A DNA stretch of 32,000 bases. Source: Thermithiobacillus plumbiphilus. Its GTDB lineage: Bacteria > Pseudomonadota > Gammaproteobacteria > Acidithiobacillales > Thermithiobacillaceae. Position 1 is the stretch's first letter, and the number at the start of each line of letters is the position of its first letter. This document shows, piece by piece, positions 9,863 to 20,551 of the stretch. The position numbers were made by a program, and so were the translations under genes. The stretch spans positions 54,631-86,630 of the forward strand of contig NZ_JBBPCO010000001.1 in NCBI RefSeq assembly GCF_038070005.1. Direction: 5' to 3'. The notes under the pieces were generated by a model, which was given only the letters and a program-made list of their open reading frames with translations, ran no database searches and was not told the DNA's origin.

Positions 9863-10540
9863 ATGAATCGTCTGCAGTCGCTGTTTTCCGCGGTCCTGAT
9901 GGGCAGTGCCATCGGTTTTTCTGTTCCCGTCAGCGCGCAGACGCCTTCGCAGCCCGGCAAGGCGGTGCAGGCCAGCCAGCAGGGCGAAGTGCTGATGAAA
10001 CGGTTTTTCACGCAGGTGAAAACGCTGCAGGCCGACTTCCGCCAGGAAGTGGCAAACGAAAAAGGGCGGATCATCCAGCGTGCCGAAGGGCAGGTGGCCA
10101 TTGCGAGGCCCGGCAAGTTCCGCTGGGTCTATGCCAGCCCCGAGCCCCAGGAGATTGTCGCGGATGGCGAGCAGCTCTGGGTCTATGACAAGGACCTCGC
10201 ACAGGTTACCATTCGCCCACTGGCTGCGTCCCTGGGCAACACCCCGGCGGCCTTGATTGCTGGAAAGAATGCCCTGCCCAGCGACTTTCGCATCCGCGAT
10301 CTTGGTCAGCGAAACGGGCTTTACTGGGTGGAACTGCTGCCGAGACAGGCTGAGCATGGATTTCGGCGCATCGTGATGGGTCTTGCGAATGATGCTATGC
10401 TTCTGCACAGCCTGGAACTGCGTGACGATTTCGGCCAGACCACGCGCCTGAATTTTTACAATGGCCAGGTCAACAAGCCGGTCAGCACCAGCCAGTTCGC
10501 CTTTGTCACGCCCAAAGGCGTGGACGTACTGAGACAATAA
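9863..10540 (+). CDS. lolA: outer-membrane lipoprotein carrier protein LolA
   Basis: Signal peptide followed by ...FTQVKTLQADFRQEV...GKFRWVYASPEPQEIVADGEQLWVYDKDLAQVT. The position after ftsK is conserved. ATG 9863 has a GAGG SD 6 nt upstream; the track ORF begins at TTG 9851. Confidence 0.9.
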   Translation: MNRLQSLFSAVLMGSAIGFSVPVSAQTPSQPGKAVQASQQGEVLMKRFFTQVKTLQADFRQEVANEKGRIIQRAEGQVAIARPGKFRWVYASPEPQEIVADGEQLWVYDKDLAQVTIRPLAASLGNTPAALIAGKNALPSDFRIRDLGQRNGLYWVELLPRQAEHGFRRIVMGLANDAMLLHSLELRDDFGQTTRLNFYNGQVNKPVSTSQFAFVTPKGVDVLRQ

Positions 10541-10590
10541 GGAAGCGGGACAGCGGTGGGCGCTGTGCCCAGCTTCGATGAGGAGAGCAG

Positions 10591-11784
10591 ATGCGCCACC
10601 CGTCCATCCCCCTGCTGTTTGCCAGCAGTCTTGCCGTACTTGCCGGCCCCGCGGCCGCTTCCGGTTTCCGCATCCCCGAGATGTCGGTTGCCGGCCTGGG
10701 TCAGGCCAATGCCGTGGTTGCTGATGACGAAGCCGTAGGCAACTTTGGCTACAACAATGCTGGCATGGCCTTTCATCCGGGCCTGCGTGCCAGTGCCGAG
10801 GCGATGGCCGTCTCACCGAGCATCAGTGTCACGAATCCCGCCGGAAGCTACGACAGTGTGCAGTCTATCGATTATGTGCCGGCCTTGTATGCCACTTACC
10901 GCCTGCAGGACCGCCCTCTGGCGATTGGCCTTGGTATTAATGCGCCCTTTGGCCTGTCCACCGAGTGGCCCCAGGGCGCCTTTCCTGAAGCAGGCAATGG
11001 CGCGCCGACCTTGAGCGAAATCAGGATGGTGAACGTCAACCCGGCGGTCGCCTACCTGGTCCGGCCCAATCTCAGCCTGTCCCTGGGCTTGAACTATTAT
11101 AATGTCCTTTCGGCCAAGCTGAACACCGTTGGCGCCGATGTCGATGGTTCGGGCAGTGGTTTTGGTGGCACGCTGGCCCTCCTGTACACCACCGAACGCA
11201 TGAATGTTGGGCTGCAATACCGCTCGCGCGTGAAGACCGACCTCGATGGCGACTTCACGCTCTCGGGCGGCACTGCCCAGGCCGCCAGCACCCAAATCAC
11301 CTTTCCTGACGTGGTTCAGGCAGGCGTCATGTACCGGATCAGCCCGCAGTGGTCAGCAGAATTCGATCTGGACTGGACGCGCTGGTCGAGCTTCGACCAA
11401 CTGCGTATCGAGGGGGATGGCGGGACTCTGGCCTCGGAAACCAGCAACTGGAAGGATTCCCTGGCCTACCGTCTGGGTACGTCCTATCGCCTGAATGACG
11501 CCCTGATCATGCGCGCGGGTTACAGCTATGATCCTAGCGCTCAGCCGGATGAATACTTCAGTCCACGTATTCCGGATGCCGGTCGGCACATGGTGGCACT
11601 GGGGGCCGGGCTGAATTCCGGGGCCTGGGACCTGAACCTTGGCTTGAATTACGTGCTTGGGCAGGAACGCAGCATCGAGAATCCGCCGCCGACCAGCACG
11701 GATCTCAACGGCACTTCAGTCTTCAATGGCACCTACAAGAACAGTGCCCTGCTCTATGGCGTAAGCCTGTCGCGCCGTTTCTAG
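10591..11784 (+). CDS. outer-membrane transport protein, OmpP1/FadL/TodX family (hydrophobic compound channel)
   Basis: Signal peptide, then [39 protein letters not shown], the typical family N-terminus. Beta-barrel-like alternating pattern with a terminal aromatic residue (..SLSRRF). AGGAGA SD lies before ATG 10591. Confidence 0.85.
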   Translation: MRHPSIPLLFASSLAVLAGPAAASGFRIPEMSVAGLGQANAVVADDEAVGNFGYNNAGMAFHPGLRASAEAMAVSPSISVTNPAGSYDSVQSIDYVPALYATYRLQDRPLAIGLGINAPFGLSTEWPQGAFPEAGNGAPTLSEIRMVNVNPAVAYLVRPNLSLSLGLNYYNVLSAKLNTVGADVDGSGSGFGGTLALLYTTERMNVGLQYRSRVKTDLDGDFTLSGGTAQAASTQITFPDVVQAGVMYRISPQWSAEFDLDWTRWSSFDQLRIEGDGGTLASETSNWKDSLAYRLGTSYRLNDALIMRAGYSYDPSAQPDEYFSPRIPDAGRHMVALGAGLNSGAWDLNLGLNYVLGQERSIENPPPTSTDLNGTSVFNGTYKNSALLYGVSLSRRF

Positions 11785-11789
11785 GGGAT

Positions 11790-13115
11790 ATGGCGGATCT
11801 TTTCGAGACCACAGCACAAGACCAGCCACTGGCCGCGCGCATGCGGCCACGCACGCTGGATGAGTACGTCGGCCAGGCGCATCTGGTAGGCCCTCAGGGC
11901 CCGCTGCGGCGGGCAATGGCGGCTGGCCGGCTGCATTCCATGATCCTCTGGGGGCCGCCGGGTACCGGCAAGACCACACTCGCCGGTCTCCTGGCCGCCC
12001 AGAGTGACATGCATTTCGTGGCGCTTTCGGCCGTTTTCGCGGGCGTGAAGGAGGTGCGCTCGGCGATGGAGGAGGCGCGGGTCCGACGCGCCCAGGGCGG
12101 GCGTACCCTGCTTTTTGTCGATGAGGTGCATCGCTTCAACAAGGGCCAGCAGGATGCCTTTCTGCCCTATGTCGAGGACGGCACCGTCACCTTCGTGGGC
12201 GCGACCACCGAGAATCCCAGTTTCGAACTCAATAATGCACTGCTGTCGCGGGCGCGGGTCTATGTCCTCAAATCCCTGGGTCCGGAGGACCTGCGCGCCC
12301 TGCTGGACCGTGCCCTGGCGGATCCCGAGCGGGGCCTGGGCGACCAGAAGATCGAATTTCCCGAGCCCCTGCGCGATTTGCTGGTGCAGGCGGCGGACGG
12401 CGACGCCCGCCGGCTGTTGAACCTGCTCGACATCATCGTGCAGATGGCCAGTACCGATCCACAGGGCACCGCAAGGGTCGATGAAACCGCGCTGCAGGCC
12501 GCCCTCGGCAGTTCCCTGCGGCGTTTCGACAAGGGCGGCGAGGCCTTTTACGACCAGATCTCGGCCCTGCACAAGTCGGTCCGTGGCTCCGACCCGGATG
12601 CCGCGCTCTACTGGCTGGCGCGCATGCTCGATGGCGGGGTCGACCCGCTGTACCTTGGCAGACGGCTGGTGCGCATGGCCTCCGAAGACATCGGCAATGC
12701 CGATCCCCGCGCCCTGGAAATCGCGCTCGCCGCCAAGGATGTCTTTGACTATCTCGGCTCGCCGGAGGGCGAGCTGGCCCTGGCCCAGGCGGCGGTCTAT
12801 CTGGCCACCGCGCCGAAAAGCAATGCCGTATATACCGCCTGGAAGGCGGCGCGGGCCGACGCCGGGCAGCACGGCAGTCTGGAGGTGCCGGTGCATCTGC
12901 GTAATGCCCCGACCAAGCTCATGCGCGAGCTTGGCTATGGCAAGGAATACCGCTACGATCACGATCATCCTCATGCTGTGGCGCCGGGCCAGGACTATTT
13001 TCCGCCGGAGCTGGGAGCAAGGCATTATTACCAGCCGGTCGAACGCGGCTACGAGCAGCGCATCGGCGAGCGCATGATCTGGGCGCGGCGCATTCGTGAG
13101 GGTGAACCAAAGTGA
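11790..13115 (+). CDS. rarA: replication-associated recombination protein A (AAA+ ATPase)
   Basis: [15 protein letters not shown] Walker [20 protein letters not shown] Walker B/sensor, and the MgsA C-terminal domain ([27 protein letters not shown]). The lolA...rarA...serS order is conserved. Confidence 0.95.
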   Translation: MADLFETTAQDQPLAARMRPRTLDEYVGQAHLVGPQGPLRRAMAAGRLHSMILWGPPGTGKTTLAGLLAAQSDMHFVALSAVFAGVKEVRSAMEEARVRRAQGGRTLLFVDEVHRFNKGQQDAFLPYVEDGTVTFVGATTENPSFELNNALLSRARVYVLKSLGPEDLRALLDRALADPERGLGDQKIEFPEPLRDLLVQAADGDARRLLNLLDIIVQMASTDPQGTARVDETALQAALGSSLRRFDKGGEAFYDQISALHKSVRGSDPDAALYWLARMLDGGVDPLYLGRRLVRMASEDIGNADPRALEIALAAKDVFDYLGSPEGELALAQAAVYLATAPKSNAVYTAWKAARADAGQHGSLEVPVHLRNAPTKLMRELGYGKEYRYDHDHPHAVAPGQDYFPPELGARHYYQPVERGYEQRIGERMIWARRIREGEPK

Positions 13116-13489
13116 TGCCCGCAGTGCTGGCGGTCGCTGCCGGCGGCGCCCTGGGCAGCGTGCTGCGCTATGGCACGACAATGTTGTTACAGGGCTGGCT
13201 GGGGCGTTTCTTCCCTTACGCCACCCTGTTCATCAATGTCTCGGGTTCCTTTCTGATGGGATTTCTCTTCGTGCTCACGCTCGATCGCGTCAGCATCGAT
13301 CCCGCCTTGCGCGCCGGCATCCTGACCGGCGTGCTCGGCGGCTACACCACCTTTTCCACCTTCTCCATGGAAAGCCTCACGCTTCTGGAGGAGGGCGCCT
13401 GGCTGCGCGCTGGTTTATACTTGGGCCTGAGCCTGGTGCTGGGTTTGAGCGCGGCCTGGGCCGGCGCCACCCTGGCGCGGCAGTTCTAG
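13112..13489 (+). CDS. crcB: fluoride ion channel CrcB/FluC
   Basis: 125-aa four-TM protein: [11 protein letters not shown]...[11 protein letters not shown]...[16 protein letters not shown] 13112 or ATG 13115 overlaps the rarA stop (13113-13115). Confidence 0.9.
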   Translation: MMPAVLAVAAGGALGSVLRYGTTMLLQGWLGRFFPYATLFINVSGSFLMGFLFVLTLDRVSIDPALRAGILTGVLGGYTTFSTFSMESLTLLEEGAWLRAGLYLGLSLVLGLSAAWAGATLARQF

Positions 13490-13497
13490 GAGGCAGC

Positions 13498-15318
<1,821 letters not shown>

Positions 15319-15358
15319 AAGAAATCCCGCCCAAAAGTCTACTGGCCGTCATCAAACA

Positions 15359-15376
15359 GTCACAATTTAATGTGAC
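15359..15376. promoter_or_regulatory. perfect 6-6-6 palindrome GTCACA-ATTTAA-TGTGAC, a candidate operator
   Basis: Read directly. It lies in the AT-rich 88-bp gap, 31 nt upstream of the EAL-protein ATG. Confidence 0.3.
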
Positions 15377-15406
15377 AATCCAGGCAATCCAACAAAAGGG
15401 GGATGC

Positions 15407-17197
15407 ATGGAAGCCCAGCGGGAAATCACACCGTTTCGGGCCTTGCTGCTACAGCGCAAGCTGCACAGCGTCTTTCAGCCCATAGTCAGCATTACCGACC
15501 GCCAGGTGCTGGGCCTGGAAGCCTTCATTCGCGGGCCGAGGGGGCATCCACTGGAGCACCCTGCCGAACTCTTTGGCGCGGCCGAGCGCGAAGGACTTGG
15601 GTCTGAACTCGAACTGATGGCGCGCAGCACCACCCTGCTATGCTTTGCGGAGCTTGGGTTTCCCGGCAAGCTGTTTCTCAATATCAATCCCGCCTGCCTG
15701 ATGCGCCAGGGCTTTGCCCTGGATGATCTGCTCTTCAGCCTGTCCGAACAGGATATCTCACCACGTCAGGTGGTGCTGGAATTGACCGAACATCAGCCGA
15801 TCGAGGATTTCAGTGCCTTGGCGGCAGCCGTGAACTCCGTGCGCCAGCAGGGGCTGATGATCGCCATCGATGATCTCGGGGCCGGCCACGCCAGCATGCG
15901 GCTGCTGTGTGAACTCAAGCCTGATTTTCTCAAGATCGACAAATATTTCAGCCAGGGCATCGAACAGGAAGCCGTCAAGCGCAAGGTGGTGCGCGGGATT
16001 CTCGGGATGGCACGGGCCGTGGGGGCCCAGGTGGTTGCCGAAGGCGTGGAAACGCTTGAGCAGTTGCGGGTGTTGATGGACATGGGCGTGGACCACGTGC
16101 AGGGCTTTCTGCTGGCGCGCCCCGAGCGGGAACCGGTGCTGGAAAAGCTGAAGGGCTTTGCCTGGCCGGAGCCGCTCAACCTGCAGCCCTCCCGGGAGCT
16201 GACCTTTGGCAGTGCTGCCCTGCTGTTGCAGCAGGTGCCGACCTTTCCCGGCGAGATGCGTGCCAGCGAACTGCTGGACTACCTGGGACGGGACGAGAAC
16301 CTGCCCACCGCCTTGCCGGTACTGCGTGGTGAGCAGCCGCTCGGGCTCATCTCCCGCGCGGATTTTCAGGAACGCATGTCGCGCCTGTATGCGCGGGAGC
16401 TGCTGGGGCGCAAGACCCTGGAAAACTTCGTCGCCTCGGATTCGCTGATCGTGGACAAGCATGAGTCGCTCGACATGATCAGCCATGAACTGACACGTCG
16501 GCACGAGTCGTCGTCCAGTCGTTATCCGCTCGATCACTTCCTGATAACCAGTCAGGGGCGCTACGCCGGCGTGGGCAGTACCCGCAATCTGTTGCGCAAG
16601 ATCACGGAAGCCCAGATGGATCTGGCGCGTCATGCCAATCCCTTGTCTGGGCTGCCCGGCAACATCCCGATCCAGCGCCGCTTGAGCGATCAACTGGCCC
16701 AGCAGGTCGATTTCACCGTGGGATACTGTGATATCGACCAGTTTAAGCCCTTCAACGATGTGTACGGTTATGCCCGTGGCGATGAACTGCTCCGCGAACT
16801 GGCGCGCATCCTGATCCGGGTGACCGGTATCGATGTCAGCGCCCTGCATCAGGATACCCTGGACAATTTCGTCGGGCACATTGGCGGGGATGACTTCGTG
16901 CTCATCCTGTCGGGACTGAAGTATGAAGCCCTCTGGGATGAGATCCTGGATCGCTTTGCCCGCATGGCACCCAGCCTTTACGATCCAGTAGATCGGGAGG
17001 TCGGTGGCATCACCAGCGTGGATCGGCGCGGCATTGTGCAGTTCTTTCCCATTGCGAGCCTGTCGATTGGCGTAGTGCCCTGCCCGGTCGGGCGCTTTTC
17101 CCATCCCCAGGAAATTTCGCAGGCAGCCAGCATGGTCAAGAGCCAGGCCAAGAAGCTGCCGGGTAACTGTTACTTCATGGATCGCCGCGCACCTTAA
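15407..17197 (+). CDS. c-di-GMP signalling protein: EAL phosphodiesterase domain, CBS pair, C-terminal GGDEF-like domain with GGDDF
   Basis: EAL-domain residues appear intact: LEAFIRG, LFLNINP, ELTEHQP, IAIDDLGAGHAS, LKIDKYF, VAEGVETLEQ, VQGFL. The middle holds two CBS-like repeats. The C-terminus reads ANPLSGLPGN...YCDIDQFKPFNDVYGYARGDELL...GHIGGDDFVLIL. Confidence 0.9.
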   Translation: MEAQREITPFRALLLQRKLHSVFQPIVSITDRQVLGLEAFIRGPRGHPLEHPAELFGAAEREGLGSELELMARSTTLLCFAELGFPGKLFLNINPACLMRQGFALDDLLFSLSEQDISPRQVVLELTEHQPIEDFSALAAAVNSVRQQGLMIAIDDLGAGHASMRLLCELKPDFLKIDKYFSQGIEQEAVKRKVVRGILGMARAVGAQVVAEGVETLEQLRVLMDMGVDHVQGFLLARPEREPVLEKLKGFAWPEPLNLQPSRELTFGSAALLLQQVPTFPGEMRASELLDYLGRDENLPTALPVLRGEQPLGLISRADFQERMSRLYARELLGRKTLENFVASDSLIVDKHESLDMISHELTRRHESSSSRYPLDHFLITSQGRYAGVGSTRNLLRKITEAQMDLARHANPLSGLPGNIPIQRRLSDQLAQQVDFTVGYCDIDQFKPFNDVYGYARGDELLRELARILIRVTGIDVSALHQDTLDNFVGHIGGDDFVLILSGLKYEALWDEILDRFARMAPSLYDPVDREVGGITSVDRRGIVQFFPIASLSIGVVPCPVGRFSHPQEISQAASMVKSQAKKLPGNCYFMDRRAP

Positions 17198-17952
17198 AAC
17201 GGTCTGGACTGCTCGGGCAAAGGCGGCGGCGTGGCGTCCAGCCTGAAAATGTCACGAAAGGCCACGTAAATGCTGACCAGCAGCAGCGGGCCGAGCAGGA
17301 GCCAGCCAAGGCCGAAGGGGATGCTGGCCAGCACCGCCAGTACCAGATACGCCAGGCTGAACACCAGAAAGGCCGGCCAGTTGGCAAGCACTGCGTAAAA
17401 ACTCTCCTTGAGGGCCTCGACCGACGGCTTGCCGGCAAGCGCCACCAGCGGCACGGCAAAGTAAAAGGCCATGGCCAGCGGGATCAGGAGCAGCAGAAAG
17501 AACAATATGGCCCCGCCACCCAAGCCCATGATCATGTCTGGATCGAACATGGTGTTCGACCCGCCAAAATCTTCAGGCATGCCCCGGAATCCCATCAGGG
17601 CGCCGATGCCGAGCATCAACAGCATCGCTGCCAGGATCTGAATACCGAGCATGATCAGGCCCAGTATGGCGAGCGGCTTGAAAGGGGCCTGAAAGCCATC
17701 GAAAAGACGGCTGAACAGCGGCGTTCGCCCCTGGTCGAGATCGGCCAGGGTATAAAAGAACCCGGCCAGCAGGACAGGCCCGAAGATGGACGCCGCCAGG
17801 GAACCAAACAGCGGGAGCATGCTGGTCACAAAGCCCAATAGCAGAATCAGCAGGATCTGACCAAAGACCAGCAGGGGCGCGCGCATGAAAAGCCGCCAAC
17901 TCTCCTTGAACCAGGCGACACCCTGACCTGTCTCTACCTTTCTGTAAGCCAT
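17194..17952 (-). CDS. multi-pass inner-membrane protein of unknown function (BPSS1780/DUF2189-like by N-terminal pattern)
   Basis: 252 aa with 5-6 hydrophobic segments. The N-terminus VETGQGVAWFKESWRLFMRAPLLVF resembles that family. The stop overlaps the convergent EAL gene stop (TTAA). Confidence 0.55.
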   Translation of the reverse strand: MAYRKVETGQGVAWFKESWRLFMRAPLLVFGQILLILLLGFVTSMLPLFGSLAASIFGPVLLAGFFYTLADLDQGRTPLFSRLFDGFQAPFKPLAILGLIMLGIQILAAMLLMLGIGALMGFRGMPEDFGGSNTMFDPDMIMGLGGGAILFFLLLLIPLAMAFYFAVPLVALAGKPSVEALKESFYAVLANWPAFLVFSLAYLVLAVLASIPFGLGWLLLGPLLLVSIYVAFRDIFRLDATPPPLPEQSRPF

Positions 17953-18059
17953 GTTCTTATCCTTATTGGCGAGCCGATGACTGATTTTAGCCGCTTTGGG
18001 CCTGATCTGATAGGGACTGTGGACCGGGGCAGAGTGCCTGGGCTATCATTGGCGGCCAT

Positions 18060-18144
18060 GGAGAGGTGGCAGAGTGGTCGATTGCGGCGGTCTTGAAAAC
18101 CGTTGACCCGCAAGGGTCCGTGGGTTCGAATCCCACCCTCTCCG
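18060..18144 (+). tRNA. tRNA-Ser, anticodon UGA; class II with a long variable arm; 3' CCA not encoded
   Basis: Folded by hand. Acceptor stem GGAGAGG/CCTCTCC plus discriminator G. D stem GCA/TGC. Anticodon stem GCGGT/ACCGT with loop C-T-TGA-A-A. Variable arm GACCCGCAAGGGTC. T arm GTGGG-TTCGAAT-CCCAC. Confidence 0.95.
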
Positions 18145-18191
18145 AATCCATTCCATCCAGTCGCCGCTTTCATCCCCGGGGGTGAATACCG

Positions 18192-19610
18192 ATGCATGTC
18201 TCGAACCAGCCAGGCCGTTTTTGGGATTTCGTCGATGCCTGCTGGGAAACGGACATCCTGCCGCAACTCACCGAATACATCCGCATCCCCAACAAGTCAC
18301 CCCATTTCGATCCGGACTGGAAGGCGCACGGCTACATGGACCGGGCCGTGGCGCTGGCGCGCGACTGGTGCCTGCGGCAAGCCATCCCGGGCATACAGGT
18401 CGAGGTACTGGAAGACCCCGGCCGCACGCCGCTGCTGTACATCGAGGTGCCGGGCAGCGGTAACGAGACCGTGCTGCTCTATGGTCATCTCGACAAGCAG
18501 CCGGAAATGAGCGGCTGGGCGCCGGAGCTGGGGCCCTGGACCCCGGTGCGGCGCGAGGAGCGGCTCTATGGCCGTGGTGGCGCCGATGACGGCTATGCCG
18601 TGTTCGCCTCGCTGACCGCCATCCGGGCCCTGCAGGAAGCAGGCTTTTCACATGCCCGCTGCGTCATCCTCATCGAGTGTTCCGAGGAAAGCGGCAGCCC
18701 CGACCTGCCGCATTACGTGGAAAAACTGAAAGCGCGCATCGGCAGTCCCGCGCTCGTCATCTGCCTTGATTCCGGCTGCGGCAATTACGAGCAGCTCTGG
18801 TGCACGACTTCCCTGCGGGGCCTGGTGGAAGGGCGTCTGCGGGTCGATGTGCTGCGCGAGGGGGCGCATTCGGGCAATGCCGGCGGCATCGTGCCATCGA
18901 GCTTTCGCATCATTCGCCAGTTGCTGGATCGCTTCGAGGATGTGCAGAGTGGTCGCGTTACCGATGCGAATTTCCAGGTGGAGATCCCGGCCGACCGGCT
19001 GCAACAGGCGCGCCTGGCGGCCGGCATACTTGGTGACGAGGTCGCGAATGCCTTTCCCTTCGTCGAGGGCGTGCAGCCGCAGGACAGTGATCCCTATGCG
19101 CTGATCCTCAATCGTACCTGGCGGGCGGCGCTGGCGGTGACCGGCGCCGAGGGCCTGCCGGCCATCAGCGATGCCGGCAATGTCCTGCGCCCCTATACCA
19201 CGCTCAAGCTCGCCTGCCGCATGCCGCCCAGCGTCGATGCCGAGAAGGCGGCGGCACATCTGAAAACCCTGCTGGAAACTGACCCGCCCCATGGCGCCCA
19301 GGTGCATTTCGAAGTGGGTCAGGCCGCCAGCGGCTGGAATGCCCCGACACTGGCGCCCTGGCTTGCCGAGGCCATGGATCGCGCCTCGCAAGGCTACTTC
19401 GGCAAACCGGCGGCCTACATGGGCGAGGGCGGGACCATCCCCTTCATGGGCATGCTCGGCGCCATGTTTCCGGCGGCGCAGTTTCTGATCACCGGCGTGC
19501 TCGGTCCGGCATCCAATGCCCATGGCCCCAACGAGTTCCTGCATATCCCGACCGCCAAGCGCCTGACCTGCTGCGTGGCGGAGATTCTGACGGATTTTCC
19601 CAATAACTGA
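18192..19610 (+). CDS. M20-family metallopeptidase (dipeptidase/deacylase type)
   Basis: 472 aa: ...LLYGHLDKQPE...GRGGADDGYAVFASLTAIRAL...ECSEESGSPDL. These are M20 metal-ligand motifs. Confidence 0.85.
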   Translation: MHVSNQPGRFWDFVDACWETDILPQLTEYIRIPNKSPHFDPDWKAHGYMDRAVALARDWCLRQAIPGIQVEVLEDPGRTPLLYIEVPGSGNETVLLYGHLDKQPEMSGWAPELGPWTPVRREERLYGRGGADDGYAVFASLTAIRALQEAGFSHARCVILIECSEESGSPDLPHYVEKLKARIGSPALVICLDSGCGNYEQLWCTTSLRGLVEGRLRVDVLREGAHSGNAGGIVPSSFRIIRQLLDRFEDVQSGRVTDANFQVEIPADRLQQARLAAGILGDEVANAFPFVEGVQPQDSDPYALILNRTWRAALAVTGAEGLPAISDAGNVLRPYTTLKLACRMPPSVDAEKAAAHLKTLLETDPPHGAQVHFEVGQAASGWNAPTLAPWLAEAMDRASQGYFGKPAAYMGEGGTIPFMGMLGAMFPAAQFLITGVLGPASNAHGPNEFLHIPTAKRLTCCVAEILTDFPNN

Positions 19611-19660
19611 TGATTGTTTCGGCAGTGTGGCCGGATGCTGACTGGATAGGGGACAAGCGA

Positions 19661-20551
19661 ATGAGCAGCAAAACCATCGAAGAGCTGATTGGCAATACCC
19701 CCATGTGTCGGCTGCAGCGCCTGCCGCGCAACCCGAAGGTGGAGATCCTCGCCAAGCTCGAAGGCAATAATCCCGGTGGCTCGGTCAAGGACCGTCCGGC
19801 CATCAGCATGATCCGGCGCGCCCAAGAGCGCGGCGAGATCCGCCCCGGTGACCGTCTCATCGAACCCACCAGCGGCAATACCGGGATCGCGCTGGCCATG
19901 GCCGCGGCCATCCGGGGGCTCAAGATGACCCTGATCATGCCCGAGAACATGAGCATCGAGCGCCGTCAGGTCATGACCGCCTATGGCGCCGAGATCATCC
20001 TGACCCCGGCCCAGGCCAGCATGGAAGGCTCCATTGATCTGGCCAGAAAGATGGTGGCGGCAGGCGAGGGCATCATGCTCGACCAGTTTTCCAACCCGGA
20101 CAATCCGCGTGCCCACTACGAGAGCACCGGGCCGGAAATCTGGCGCGATACCGCCGGGGAAATCAGCCATTTCGTTTCCAGCATGGGAACCACCGGCACC
20201 ATCATGGGTACTTCCCGCTATTTGCGTGAAGTGAAGCCTGATATCCAGATCATCGGCGTGCATCCGGCCGAGGGCGCCAGGATTCCCGGCATTCGCCGCT
20301 GGCCCGAGGAATACCTGCCAAAGATCTATCACCCCGAAGAGGTGGACCGCATTCTCTCGGTGAGCCAGACGCAAGCCGAGGACACCACCCGCCGTCTGGC
20401 TCGCGAGGAAGGTATCTTCGCCGGCATTTCCTCGGGTGGGGCGGTGCATGCCGCCCTGCAACTGGCCGATGAACTCGACAGCGGCCTGATCGTGGTCATC
20501 ATTTGCGACCGCGGCGATCGTTATCTCTCCACCGGGGTCTTTCCCGCCTGA
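19661..20551 (+). CDS. cysM: cysteine synthase B (O-acetylserine sulfhydrylase B)
   Basis: MSSKTIEELIGNTPMCRLQRL...LEGNNPGGSVKDRPA...TSGNTGIALAM...FVSSMGTTGTIMG...IPGIRRWPEEYLP...ICDRGDRYLSTGVF is colinear with the E. coli CysM sequence as I recall it. An alternative start is ATG 19610 (TGATG overlap with the M20 stop), adding 17 aa. Confidence 0.94.
   Translation: MSSKTIEELIGNTPMCRLQRLPRNPKVEILAKLEGNNPGGSVKDRPAISMIRRAQERGEIRPGDRLIEPTSGNTGIALAMAAAIRGLKMTLIMPENMSIERRQVMTAYGAEIILTPAQASMEGSIDLARKMVAAGEGIMLDQFSNPDNPRAHYESTGPEIWRDTAGEISHFVSSMGTTGTIMGTSRYLREVKPDIQIIGVHPAEGARIPGIRRWPEEYLPKIYHPEEVDRILSVSQTQAEDTTRRLAREEGIFAGISSGGAVHAALQLADELDSGLIVVIICDRGDRYLSTGVFPA

Noticed and set aside
13000-13115. 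Expected fluoride riboswitch upstream of crcB
   Set aside because: crcB overlaps the rarA stop codon, so the upstream sequence is rarA coding sequence. I saw no free leader that could fold into the riboswitch.
11781-13181. 466-aa ORF antisense to rarA. Similar long antisense or off-frame ORFs occur at 1066..1773, 1619..2329, 8054..8893, 9827..10816, 15758..17104, 19415..20461, 20731..21750, 22734..23579, 24987..25727 and 27117..28604.
   Set aside because: All overlap well-supported genes on the other strand or frame. They have Arg/Ala/Gly/Pro-biased composition and no motifs. Stop codons are rare in off-frames of GC-rich DNA.
15359-15376. CRP/FNR-type binding site
   Set aside because: The half-sites are in the order TCACA-N6-TGTGA on both strands, the inverse of the CRP consensus TGTGA-N6-TCACA. 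It is kept only as a generic palindromic operator candidate.
17953-18191. tRNA-Ser as the attachment site of a genomic island
   Set aside because: There is no integrase, no direct repeat of the tRNA 3' end downstream, and both flanks are ordinary chromosomal genes (a membrane protein and an M20 peptidase).
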